Counted from the first letter of the stretch, positions 47,013 through 56,916 are shown. The stretch: DNA of 64,000 nt from an uncultured Candidatus Saccharibacteria bacterium (GCA_964495425.1 CAZBVG010000004.1:63633-127632), one strand, 5' to 3'. Numbers and translations are program-made. Notes: a model not told the origin generated them from the letters alone.

Positions 47013-49403
47013 ATGAGATCTTTCGTTAAAACTATAGGTACGACCGCAGTCGCGATACTGTCGCTTTTTACAGCTACAGTTGCTTATGCTGATGTAAATA
47101 CCTATGTTTTGACGGACCACAAGGTTGAGTCAGGTACAACTGCTCGAGTGGATGAATGGGGTATTTGTTTTGATGTAACAAATGGAATTCAGAATCCTCC
47201 AATTCATATTCCTACAAAAACTGCTGCAGAGTGGGCATCATTTTATAACAATACACCACCATATGTATCACTCGCGCCTTGTGGAGGAACAGTGCAAGGA
47301 TGTACTGATACAACTGCAACAAATTATAATCCGTCTGCGACAGCAAATGACGGTTCTTGTACATATGCGCCCGCCTGTAATTCTAATGCGGGAAACATTT
47401 GTTTTTCTACACCAAACGTCTGTGGGCAGTCGAATCCTGGTGTAATTGATTGTGGTGGAGTATGTAACGCGATCACACCGCCAAATAGTAACTGTATAAC
47501 TGTTGTTGAGGGCTGTACTGATGCAAGTGCCACAAATTATAATCCAAATGCCAATGTAGATAACGGGTCCTGTGTCTACCCAGTAGGTTGTGATACGAAT
47601 GCTGGAAATAGCTGTGTCTCAGGCGCAAATGTATGCGGGCAGACTGGTTCAGGTGTTATTCAGTGTAATGGTACGTGTAGCGCGGTAACACCACCGAATT
47701 CGAATTGTCCCATGACTGTTTATGGTTGTACTGATCCGGCTGCAAATAATCACAATCCGAATGCGAACTTCGATGATGGTTCTTGTACTTACAATCCGGT
47801 TTGTGTTTCAAATGTAAATCAAGCATGTACGTCTAGTACCAATGCGTGTGGAGACAGTGGAGTTGGAACAATTCAATGTGATGGATCATGTAGCGCAACT
47901 GTTCCCTCAGTTCCTTCGAATTTAGGCGCTTCATGTAATTCAGGAGGTAACAATTGTGGTGATGTGAACGTTGGCTCAATTCAATGTGATGGTAGCTGTA
48001 GTGCAAGCCAACCGGCAGATAGAGCATCATGTTCAACATGTCCATCTGCAGGTCAACCATGTCAGTCTGCATCAAACGCGTGTGGAGATACTGCTTCAGG
48101 CACTGTTGATGGGGGATCTTGTACGTGTAATGCGGTTCCGCCAGTCACCGCTTCAAATTTTGGAGATTCATGTACTTCTGCTGCAAACGCTTGTGGGGCA
48201 ACTTCTGCGGGTACAATTCAATGTGACGGTTCATGTTCTGCAAGTATTCCTGCTAATCCAGCAAATCTCGGGGCGCCGTGCTCTACAAGCCCAAATGCCT
48301 GTGGTGCAGTAGGTGCGGGTACAATTCAATGTGACGGTTCATGTTCTGCGGGAATGCCATCTCTTCCAGCATCATATGGAAACACATGTACTTCAGGTGC
48401 AAACAATTGTGGTGCAACAGGGTCGGGCACAATAGGTTGTAGTGGTTCCTGCTCAGCAACTACACCCGCTGATGTTCCAAATGTAGGAGGGGGTTGTATG
48501 TCAGGACCAAATAATTGTGGAGATCGGGGTTCGGGTGCTATGCAATGCGATGGATCATGTAGTGCAACACAGCCTGGAGATATTAGTGGTATAGGAGGAA
48601 TTTGTTATTCAGGTGCAAATAATTGCGGTGATGTGAATACAGGTACGATGCAATGTGGTGGTTGTGATGCAGTAACGCCAGCAAATCGAACCTGTGGACC
48701 AATGGCAGTTTCTGGTTGTACGGATCCAATGGCGGACAACTACGATTCAAATGCAACAACAGATGACGGATCATGCCAAAGAACTGGTTGTACAGATCCA
48801 ATGGCGGACAACTATGATCCAAATGCAACGGGTGGTGGTGCATGTACCTATTCGATTAATTATGGTTGTACAGACCCTGGTGCAGATAATTATGATCCAT
48901 TTGCTGATGCGGATGATGGATCATGTACATATCCTTCAGCATGTGTACCTCAAGTTTGTAATGGTGCGGCATACTGGGACAGCGGATCGTGCTCATGTGC
49001 ATGCGCACCGTTCTACCATGAGGAAAATGGAGATTGTGTAGCGGATCCTATGGATCCATGTGTGAGTGACCCGTGGCTTGTTGGCTGTAGTGGTGATCCG
49101 TGTCTACTAGACCCAACTTTCCCAGGATGTTCTGATCCATGTGAACTGGACCCAGGTTACCCTGGTTGTCAGCCAATTGATCCTTGTACTCAAGATCCAA
49201 GCTCGCCAGCATGTAATCCTTGCGGTTTTGATGAAGTAAGACAGCCAGATGGTTCATGTGCAGTTGACTGTGATGCGCATCCGGCAAGTTGTATACAGTC
49301 GTGCGTCGCAGGGGATGAAGAGTGTCTTTGTAGGAATGCAGGAAAATCATGGGATGGGTATAGTTGTTGCGAAAACCTAGATGGATACGGGTATTGTATG
49401 TAA
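47013..49403 (+). CDS. Secreted Cys-rich tandem-repeat protein
   Basis: Signal peptide; GCTD..A.NY...A..DDGSC and S..N.CG...G.IQCDGSC repeats; DPC repeats at the C-terminus. Confidence 0.88.
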   Translation: MRSFVKTIGTTAVAILSLFTATVAYADVNTYVLTDHKVESGTTARVDEWGICFDVTNGIQNPPIHIPTKTAAEWASFYNNTPPYVSLAPCGGTVQGCTDTTATNYNPSATANDGSCTYAPACNSNAGNICFSTPNVCGQSNPGVIDCGGVCNAITPPNSNCITVVEGCTDASATNYNPNANVDNGSCVYPVGCDTNAGNSCVSGANVCGQTGSGVIQCNGTCSAVTPPNSNCPMTVYGCTDPAANNHNPNANFDDGSCTYNPVCVSNVNQACTSSTNACGDSGVGTIQCDGSCSATVPSVPSNLGASCNSGGNNCGDVNVGSIQCDGSCSASQPADRASCSTCPSAGQPCQSASNACGDTASGTVDGGSCTCNAVPPVTASNFGDSCTSAANACGATSAGTIQCDGSCSASIPANPANLGAPCSTSPNACGAVGAGTIQCDGSCSAGMPSLPASYGNTCTSGANNCGATGSGTIGCSGSCSATTPADVPNVGGGCMSGPNNCGDRGSGAMQCDGSCSATQPGDISGIGGICYSGANNCGDVNTGTMQCGGCDAVTPANRTCGPMAVSGCTDPMADNYDSNATTDDGSCQRTGCTDPMADNYDPNATGGGACTYSINYGCTDPGADNYDPFADADDGSCTYPSACVPQVCNGAAYWDSGSCSCACAPFYHEENGDCVADPMDPCVSDPWLVGCSGDPCLLDPTFPGCSDPCELDPGYPGCQPIDPCTQDPSSPACNPCGFDEVRQPDGSCAVDCDAHPASCIQSCVAGDEECLCRNAGKSWDGYSCCENLDGYGYCM
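48206..48349 (+). repeat. Exact 36-nt intragenic direct repeat
   Basis: TGCGGGTACAATTCAATGTGACGGTTCATGTTCTGC at 48206-48241 and 48314-48349. Confidence 0.9.
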
Positions 49404-49431
49404 CGCTCACCGGTAAGAACATTAGAGTATT

Positions 49432-50883
49432 ATGAGAAGTATTAAATATTGGTCACTCTGTGTCTTGTGCGGAATTGCTTTAATTTTCTCATTATATAAA
49501 CTAGGCGATCAATCACTTTGGATTGATGAGGGTTATTCAATTAATGCAGCTGAAGGCATTCAGGAGCATGGTTTACCAGTACTAGGTTCGGGAAAGACCT
49601 ATGTTAAAGGAATTGCCTCTACCTATTTAATGGCCTTAAGCATGTCGATGTTCGGTTTTGAGGCGACGAATCCTTGGTCAGCACGATTGCCTTCAGCGAT
49701 GTTTTGGCTAATGACAATTGTAGCGATGTATTTTGTGTCAAAAAGATTTTTTGGCTCAAATACCATCGCTTTTTTGTCATCAGCAATGTTAACTTTTTTA
49801 TCGTGGGAGATAGCGTGGGCAAGGCAGGCGAGGGGATACATAGGCATGCAATTTTTTTCACTCGTGTCATTCTTTTTCTTGTATATGTGGTTTAAGGAAA
49901 GAAAGCACAAAAGTCTTTATCTTTGTTTTATCTTTTTAGGAGTTTCAATACTGTTCCATCCATCATCGGCGGTACTTATATTGCCTATGACCGGAAGCGT
50001 GATATTTGATGTGTTGAAAAGGAGAGAGGAAAGGGTGGGGCCTGCAGTATTAGCAGTCGCGGTATTGTTGATTACAGCTATATTTTTTTATGAATTTCTA
50101 TCAATTCAATTTGTAATAAGATATTCACCATCTTATTTTATTGCGATTAAGGAAAATATATTAGGGCTTTCTATTTTGGCGCTCGCAGCACCTTTTTTAC
50201 TGGCCGTAGATACAATAAACAAAAAGAAGATTTTTTTACTTGCACTTCTAGTTTTGATACCTATTTGTTTTTTGTCTTTTTATCATTATTCAACGCAACA
50301 ACGGTACTTATTCGTGCTCCTTCCGTATATTGTGCTCTTGTCAGCATTTGCTGCGGTAAGAATTTCCAAAATAGTTTTTCGGGGCAGAGCCGGGCTTGTT
50401 ATTTTGGGTGCAATTATTTTGGTTTCAGTAATCAGCTTTGATTCTTTCACTTTTTACCCACATGCGTTTTATTATGTGGAAAAGCGCTCACCGCAGCCAA
50501 ATTTTAAAGAAGCATATTTACTTATTAAAGAAAGACGAACGGGGGAAGATATTGTTGTATCTTCATACACACACCTTTCCCAAATTTATTTGAGAGATAA
50601 GGGGTATTGGTGGCCAATTGCTTTAACAACCAATAAAGACGAAATAATTCGTAATTCAATTGATGAAGTTGATTATTATACTGGCGCGCCCAAAATTAAT
50701 GGGATCGATGAACTAAAACTCCTTTTAGATAAAAATTCAGGATATATAGTATTTGATGGCTTATCGTGGATTCGATCTGGAAAAAAGGTGGCGGAGTTAA
50801 TTCGTTCCTTGAAATTAGAGTTGGTATATCACACAGGTATAAAACTAGATGAAATTTGGGTTTATAGATTTGTAAAAAAATAA
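49432..50883 (+). CDS. ArnT/PMT-like (GT-C) membrane glycosyltransferase
   Basis: SLWIDEG, ARLPS, W..QARGY; many TMs. Confidence 0.85.
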   Translation: MRSIKYWSLCVLCGIALIFSLYKLGDQSLWIDEGYSINAAEGIQEHGLPVLGSGKTYVKGIASTYLMALSMSMFGFEATNPWSARLPSAMFWLMTIVAMYFVSKRFFGSNTIAFLSSAMLTFLSWEIAWARQARGYIGMQFFSLVSFFFLYMWFKERKHKSLYLCFIFLGVSILFHPSSAVLILPMTGSVIFDVLKRREERVGPAVLAVAVLLITAIFFYEFLSIQFVIRYSPSYFIAIKENILGLSILALAAPFLLAVDTINKKKIFLLALLVLIPICFLSFYHYSTQQRYLFVLLPYIVLLSAFAAVRISKIVFRGRAGLVILGAIILVSVISFDSFTFYPHAFYYVEKRSPQPNFKEAYLLIKERRTGEDIVVSSYTHLSQIYLRDKGYWWPIALTTNKDEIIRNSIDEVDYYTGAPKINGIDELKLLLDKNSGYIVFDGLSWIRSGKKVAELIRSLKLELVYHTGIKLDEIWVYRFVKK

Positions 50884-50913
50884 AAAGTGACTCATTTCTG
50901 AGTCACTCGAATA

Positions 50914-51870
50914 TTATTCGTGGTTCGCAACGGCAACTGTTTGTCCTTGCTTGATGGGAGTCATGGGCAATCGTGCCACGACTAGTCGCACCAATTTCGA
51001 GGCCATTTTTGGATCATGGGCCTCAAGATAGGGCGTCTTGCCGTCCACTTTTACCTGGAATTCTGCAATTTCATCATCGGTAGCGAGCCTCCAGCCAGGC
51101 ATAAGCTTTTGACCATCTTCCAGTGCACGGAGTACAGCATCTTTTTCAATGCCGAAATAACCATACATGAAATTTGCGTCATGCATACTAACACCTGGAG
51201 AAGATGGGATGAATCCCACATGTCGTGTATCGAGGCTTCGAATCACGTACTGCTGATAACCAGGATAACTGCGCTGCTCACCGAAAGTCTCAAAAAACTT
51301 TTGACGGTAGTAGTCAGATGCAATTTTGTATCCTGTACCCATGAAAGCCTTGAGTTTTTCAGGGAGCTTTTCAGGTGGTACGGTCGAATATAGAAGATAA
51401 TACCGAGCATTATCTAGATCCAGGTACTTGTCGCTTATGCGGACCAGCCGTTCAGTTACTGTCTTGGGGATCAAGGCAGATGCTGACGTGGTCTTATTAA
51501 CCGGAGTGGTAACGTAAGAGGTCACGTTACTGAACTTCGGCAACTCGCCGACTTCAGCGATGAATTTCTCCATCTCTTCGTCGGTAGCGATGCGATAGGG
51601 AACGCCTCGATTGCTGATGGCAGCGATGAACGCTTCCTTGCTCATGTCCGTGTAGACATGATTGAAACGAACACCGTCGATGACTGTATAGCGTGACGTG
51701 GGGACGATATTGGTGCCGGCGGCGCTGCGCAAGGGGATCTTGCTCAGGGCAGGAGTAACCGAATCCATCTTCTTTACCGAAGGGGCTGTCGAGCAGCCAC
51801 CGAAGGTGAACATCACACTAACGAACGCCAGAAGGCGGAAGAGTAGACTGAAGAGTCTATTCGTTTTCAT
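50914..51870 (-). CDS. Lipoprotein-like protein with three internal repeats
   Basis: FGGC lipobox-like site; YRIATDEE / YKIASD / WRLATDDE. Confidence 0.7.
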   Translation of the reverse strand: MKTNRLFSLLFRLLAFVSVMFTFGGCSTAPSVKKMDSVTPALSKIPLRSAAGTNIVPTSRYTVIDGVRFNHVYTDMSKEAFIAAISNRGVPYRIATDEEMEKFIAEVGELPKFSNVTSYVTTPVNKTTSASALIPKTVTERLVRISDKYLDLDNARYYLLYSTVPPEKLPEKLKAFMGTGYKIASDYYRQKFFETFGEQRSYPGYQQYVIRSLDTRHVGFIPSSPGVSMHDANFMYGYFGIEKDAVLRALEDGQKLMPGWRLATDDEIAEFQVKVDGKTPYLEAHDPKMASKLVRLVVARLPMTPIKQGQTVAVANHE

Positions 51871-52017
51871 TGGTATGAAAGGATTTGAGGTTTTGTACGA
51901 AAAGACAAAGTCCTTTCATACGTGGGATACAAGGAAAATCTGTGTCGTCGTGACAAAGAACCTGTACTAACTATATGGTATACCTGACAATTTTATTGTC
52001 AAATAGGCAAATTTTGC

Positions 52018-52311
52018 CTAGGGAGATTTTGTTCGGTTTTTCTTGATTAGATGAATATTGTAGATTGCGAGAAAAAGGGGAAAAACATTGGTTAAAACAC
52101 CAATATAGTCTCCTCGACCGAATGTAAAATAGAGAAGAAGAAGGAGGCTTCCTGTTAGACTCACATACCAGAATCGGGCAGTGAGTATACTATTTTTCGC
52201 TTTTCTTGACTCGAGTGTCTGTAATAGCCATCGTGACGTAAAAATGAGGAATCCGCAGATTCCAATAATATGCCATATGGTAGGTACTTCCGTACTTAAT
52301 ATGTTATTCAT
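52018..52311 (-). CDS. LAB_N (lipid A biosynthesis N-terminal-like) 3-TM protein
   Basis: G..F.SRWLLQ..ES..AK.S....FWYVSL.GS motif. Confidence 0.82.
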   Translation of the reverse strand: MNNILSTEVPTIWHIIGICGFLIFTSRWLLQTLESRKAKNSILTARFWYVSLTGSLLLLLYFTFGRGDYIGVLTNVFPLFLAIYNIHLIKKNRTKSP

Positions 52312-52963
52312 GGTGTGTATGTTTCATCAATCGTCTTACAGTATATAGATCCCGTATGCCGTGAAGAGCCCTTTTACTAATTGTGTACTTTGTTTTACCT
52401 CCGATTCTTTTTCGTGTGCTCAGTAGGACTTCTTTGCCCGAAAGTTTCTTTGCTTCTAGCAAACTGGGTATGAATCGATGCATTCCATCAAATAGATGAA
52501 GGTGTGCTAAGTGATGTTTTCGAATGAGCTTCATCGCACCGGTATCTCGAGCGCTATCCAGTGTAAATAATCTTCTTGTCCAGTTTGCAATTCTTGAAGC
52601 GGCTCGATTTATCACACTCCGTTTACGATTGATCCTAAACCCACACACAAAGTCCGCTGTTTTTGCCGCATCGATAAGTTTGCAAATATCTCGGGGGTCA
52701 CATTCACCGTCACCATCCATGAGTATACATAATTCGTTGGCGGCATTCTGTATGCCGTGCCATGTAGCATGGCTTTGTCCATTACGGGTATCAAATGCAA
52801 TAAGGCACACATTTTTTGTCCTCACTATTTCACGACTTTTATCCGTACTTCCATCATCCACCACAATAATTTCAGCCTCAGGGTGATATTTCTGTAATTC
52901 ATCAAGCACAAACCCGATGCTCTCCTCCTCGTTGTAGACCGGAATAATAATAGAAAAGCTCAT
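52304..52963 (-). CDS. GT2 polyprenol-phosphate glycosyltransferase (DPM/ArnC-like)
   Basis: IIPVYNEE, VDDGSTD, MDGD, GMHRFIP. Confidence 0.9.
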   Translation of the reverse strand: MSFSIIIPVYNEEESIGFVLDELQKYHPEAEIIVVDDGSTDKSREIVRTKNVCLIAFDTRNGQSHATWHGIQNAANELCILMDGDGECDPRDICKLIDAAKTADFVCGFRINRKRSVINRAASRIANWTRRLFTLDSARDTGAMKLIRKHHLAHLHLFDGMHRFIPSLLEAKKLSGKEVLLSTRKRIGGKTKYTISKRALHGIRDLYTVRRLMKHTHHE

Positions 52964-53045
52964 AGGTACTCATTCTAGCGCTTTTACGCCCAACAAAAAA
53001 CTCTCAAAAGAGAGTTTTTTGAAAGCATAGTATGAACCTTACGCT

Positions 53046-53765
53046 CTATTTTCCAAGAGCAGCTTTGAGGGAATTCTCGAGGGAGTCAGCTGATACTGCG
53101 CCGCCTACAACCGTATTGCCTTTCGCGGTCACGATAACTGAGTATGGGGTACCTTTTGCGCCAGCTGCAATACCTGACTGATATTGTTCTTCAACTTTCT
53201 TTGCATACTTACCACTGTCGAGACATGTCTGGAACTTTGCGCGATCTAGACCGATATACGCCGCGATATTTCCAAGCTCTGTTGGTTCTAGGCGGTTGTT
53301 AGCAGGGGTAATTTCAAAGAGTCGATCAGTGTACTTCCAGAAGGCATCGTTGCCGCCAAGTTCTGCTGCGCACTCGGTTGCTTCAGCTTCTTTTCGTGCT
53401 TTTGAGTGAAGCGCATCAAGAGGGAAGTGTCGATATACCCATGCAACCTCGCTACCGCTGTATTTAGAAACAACAGATTTTACGGTTGCGTGGAACTGCT
53501 TACAGAATGGGCATTCAAGATCTGAATACTCAAAGATCACTGCTTTTGCATTCGCATTGCCTCGAATATGATCGGTTGATGTTATCGCACCAACTTTTAC
53601 GGCAGAAGGGGCAGCTGCGGCAGTTGGTGTTCCTGCTGCGGCAACAGGAACTGCGGTGCGGACACCTCCTACATTGCTAAGTCCGAAATAGAGTCCGCCA
53701 CCGATAAAGAGCCCAGCGAGAGCAATTGATACCGGAAGCGTGAGCCAATCCATTTTTTGATCCAT
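53046..53765 (-). CDS. DsbA/BdbD-like disulfide oxidoreductase
   Basis: TM; EYSDLECPFCK, YRHFPL, GTP. Confidence 0.92.
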   Translation of the reverse strand: MDQKMDWLTLPVSIALAGLFIGGGLYFGLSNVGGVRTAVPVAAAGTPTAAAAPSAVKVGAITSTDHIRGNANAKAVIFEYSDLECPFCKQFHATVKSVVSKYSGSEVAWVYRHFPLDALHSKARKEAEATECAAELGGNDAFWKYTDRLFEITPANNRLEPTELGNIAAYIGLDRAKFQTCLDSGKYAKKVEEQYQSGIAAGAKGTPYSVIVTAKGNTVVGGAVSADSLENSLKAALGK

Positions 53766-53836
53766 AATATATGCTTAATTGAAAGGATAACTCGAACATT
53801 GTATCACGCAGCCACTATTTTTGTTATGCTTTACAC

Positions 53837-54292
53837 ATGACTAATCGTGCGATGAAAAGTAGGTCAAAGCGCGCTCGACCTTTTAAGATCTTTATACGAA
53901 TCCTCTCGGCTATTTTACTAGTCTCGGTGATGTATGGGGTGCTTTCTCTCGTGCTACGGCCAAACCCGATGCCACAGGTGGCGCCTAAACCCGTCGCTAC
54001 GGTTTTTATGAATAAAAACGGTATCATTCCTGCTGAAATTATCCTTAAAAAAGGGCAGTCGGTTGAATTTATCAACAATTCGCCGGGTACATGTTCGGCG
54101 GGGGACGCATCATGTAACGTGTGGCCAGCTTCTGACCCTGAGCCATCTCATGCCAATTACCCTGAATTTGATCCTAAAAAGCCTATTGCACCGGCAAAAT
54201 CATGGATCTTTGTCTTTAACAAGGTGGGGAATTGGGGTTTTCATGATCATTTGTGGCCAAAGAACAAGGGGGTTATTCGCGTTATAGAATAA
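53837..54292 (+). CDS. Cupredoxin-like membrane-anchored protein
   Basis: I..GQSVEFIN, WPASDPEPSHANYPEFD, WGFHDHL. Confidence 0.7.
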   Translation: MTNRAMKSRSKRARPFKIFIRILSAILLVSVMYGVLSLVLRPNPMPQVAPKPVATVFMNKNGIIPAEIILKKGQSVEFINNSPGTCSAGDASCNVWPASDPEPSHANYPEFDPKKPIAPAKSWIFVFNKVGNWGFHDHLWPKNKGVIRVIE

Positions 54293-54326
54293 TGCGCTAT
54301 AATTAATGAGATTTTAAGAGATCTCT

Positions 54327-56075
54327 ATGTACATCGAAGAGCAACAACTCAAAACATTCATCGCGGACTCCGGCTTAGTATCAAAAAAGGATATTGCGGA
54401 TGCAGAAAAGGAAGCGCGTGCCAAGAAAACTGGTCTTGGTGAAATTCTCGTCTCAAAAGGCAAACTCTCCGAGGATGATCTTCGCAAAACGCAGGCATAT
54501 GTTTTGGGAATTCCATTCGTGGATCTCAAAGGCCAAAAGATTGATTTTTCTGTGCTCTCACTTGTGCCTGAACCTATCGCACGAAGTCACAATATAGTCG
54601 CGTTCAAGAAAAATTCTGACACGCTTGAAGTTGCCATGCTCGATACTGATGACCTTCACGCTATCGACTTCATCAAAAAGAAGGTAGGTTTGCGCATCGT
54701 ACCGCGTCTTACCGACTCTGATTCAATCAAGTCGGTACTCTTGCAGTATCAAAAGAGCCTCAAAGCCGAATTCGGTGACCTTATCAAGCAGGAAACTGCT
54801 ACATTGAAGGCTCTCTCAGAAGAAATTGGCGATAAGGCAAGCGGCAGTGACCTCAAAAAGATGGCCGAAGACCTGCCGGTAATTCGTGTTGTCGACACTC
54901 TCTTGAAACACGCGATTATTCAAGGTGCTTCTGACGTTCATATCGAGCCAATGGAAAAAGAACTTCTTGTTCGATATCGAATTGACGGTTTGCTCCATGA
55001 TGCGATGGTGCTTCCTAAAGAAGCGGAAACATCTATCACCGCTCGTATCAAAGTGCTTTCTAATCTCAAGCTCGATGAAAAGCGTTTACCACAAGACGGT
55101 CGATTCAAAGTTGAGATGAATGACGAAAAAGTGTCGCTTCGTGTGTCGATTCTTCCCACATTTTATGGAGAAAAGACTGTTATGCGACTTTTGCGAGAAT
55201 CGGTTTCAGGATTTAGCCTCGAGCATCTCGGTTTCCATGGGGAAGCGCTTGAGCGAATTCATGCTGCTACCAAGCTTGCAACTGGAATGATTCTTGCGAC
55301 AGGTCCGACGGGATCCGGTAAATCAACTACACTCTATACCGTGCTCGATATTTTAAATACGCCTGACGTAAACATTTCTACGGTAGAGGATCCGGTTGAA
55401 TACCAGATGCCGCGAGTAAATCAGACGGCGGTTCGTCCTGATATTGGCTTTACGTTCGCGGTTGGACTTCGAACACTCGTGCGACAAGACCCGGACATTA
55501 TCATGGTGGGAGAAATTCGAGACAACGAGACGGCGGCGCTTGCTGTGAACGCTGCACTTACCGGTCACTTGGTGCTTTCTACACTCCACACCAACTCTGC
55601 AGCAGGTGCAATGCCACGTCTTCTTGATATGAAGATCGAACCGTTCCTCCTCGTCTCAACACTCTCGGTGGTAATTGGTCAAAGACTCGTGCGACGCCTC
55701 ACTGAATCTCGCGAGAGACGCCCTCTTACTAAACCCGAACTCGCTGCGCTTGGAAAAGTTGTTGATCTCGATCGAATGCTCGGTATTTTGCGAGACGAAA
55801 AGGCTATTGGTCCAAAGGATGATTGGGACAAGGTTATGTTCGGTGTTCCAAAAGTCACTCCAGAAAGTGATGGATATAAAGGGCGAGTTGGTATTCATGA
55901 AGTACTTAAAATGTCTCCTGCAATTAAGGATCTCATCATGAAAGGTGCAACTTCGGGTGCTATAGAAGAGCAGGCAAAACGAGAGGGAATGATCACCATG
56001 CTTGAGGACGGTATATACAATGCTGCTCAGGGCTACACAACTATTGAAGAAGTGCTGCGCGTCGTTACCGAATAG
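54327..56075 (+). CDS. pilB: GspE/PilB-family assembly ATPase
   Basis: ASDVHIEP, RLPQDG, TGPTGSGKSTT, EDPVE, RQDPD, GHLVLSTLHTN, GYKGR. Confidence 0.9.
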   Translation: MYIEEQQLKTFIADSGLVSKKDIADAEKEARAKKTGLGEILVSKGKLSEDDLRKTQAYVLGIPFVDLKGQKIDFSVLSLVPEPIARSHNIVAFKKNSDTLEVAMLDTDDLHAIDFIKKKVGLRIVPRLTDSDSIKSVLLQYQKSLKAEFGDLIKQETATLKALSEEIGDKASGSDLKKMAEDLPVIRVVDTLLKHAIIQGASDVHIEPMEKELLVRYRIDGLLHDAMVLPKEAETSITARIKVLSNLKLDEKRLPQDGRFKVEMNDEKVSLRVSILPTFYGEKTVMRLLRESVSGFSLEHLGFHGEALERIHAATKLATGMILATGPTGSGKSTTLYTVLDILNTPDVNISTVEDPVEYQMPRVNQTAVRPDIGFTFAVGLRTLVRQDPDIIMVGEIRDNETAALAVNAALTGHLVLSTLHTNSAAGAMPRLLDMKIEPFLLVSTLSVVIGQRLVRRLTESRERRPLTKPELAALGKVVDLDRMLGILRDEKAIGPKDDWDKVMFGVPKVTPESDGYKGRVGIHEVLKMSPAIKDLIMKGATSGAIEEQAKREGMITMLEDGIYNAAQGYTTIEEVLRVVTE

Positions 56076-56133
56076 CTGCAAAATACAAAAGAGCCTCGCG
56101 AGAGGCTCTTTTGTATGTGTACATAACCTACGG

Positions 56134-56916
56134 TTATCTGATTTCGTAACTGATCGTTACGTTAGAGACAATTTTGCTTTCGCCAGTAGGGAGTGAAACC
56201 TGATTAGCTACTTCGCTTGATACAGCGCCACCCATGCCTGCATCTTTTGCAAAATACATTGGCTGGTATGGTGACTGCTCGTAGAAGCTTGTGATGCCGA
56301 CAATTTTAACGCCAAGTGATTGTGCAAGCTTTTCAGCCTGAACCTTTGCGTCTGCGATTGCCTTATCTCGTGCTTCGCGGAGGAGTTCGTCCTGCTTGTC
56401 TACAGAGAAGGTGAGACCAGAGACGTTAGTTGCTCCGTATTCACCGATTCCTGAAAGAAGTGTTCCTGCATCTTCAAGCTTTCGAACTTTTATTTGAATA
56501 GTTTGAGAGACGACGTATCCCGCAAGAATCTGTTTGCCAGGAACATAGCTAGTGCTGTTAGTGTAATCATAGCGAGGGTAAATATCGTAAGAGAGGGTCT
56601 TAACATCTTTGTCTTCTACTCCGCTTTTCTTGATATACGCGAGAATATTAGCCATCTTTTCGGTAGCTTTTGTCTGCGCATCACTTACTTTGCTTGCCTC
56701 TTCACTTACGGTGAAGGTAAAGGTAGCAATGTCTGGAGTAGCGATGACTTCGCCCTTACCAAAAACACTGATGTTGTTAGGTACGTTCGTAGATTTGCCA
56801 ATGTATGACATTGACTTAAGCTCCGATGCGATCTTTACGCCAACAAAAGCGATAAGAATAACGCAAAGACCTGTAAGAAGACTCTTTAAACGAGGATTGT
56901 TATTGATTGTATCCAT
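56134..56916 (-). CDS. SIMPL (DUF541) domain protein
   Basis: ISVFGKGEV..TPD, A..AI..A..QA..LA..LGV. Confidence 0.9.
   Translation of the reverse strand: MDTINNNPRLKSLLTGLCVILIAFVGVKIASELKSMSYIGKSTNVPNNISVFGKGEVIATPDIATFTFTVSEEASKVSDAQTKATEKMANILAYIKKSGVEDKDVKTLSYDIYPRYDYTNSTSYVPGKQILAGYVVSQTIQIKVRKLEDAGTLLSGIGEYGATNVSGLTFSVDKQDELLREARDKAIADAKVQAEKLAQSLGVKIVGITSFYEQSPYQPMYFAKDAGMGGAVSSEVANQVSLPTGESKIVSNVTISYEIR

Noticed and set aside
47280-49300. CRISPR array or DGR-type repeats
   Set aside because: Repeats are in-frame protein modules with synonymous variation; no unique spacers, cas genes or reverse transcriptase
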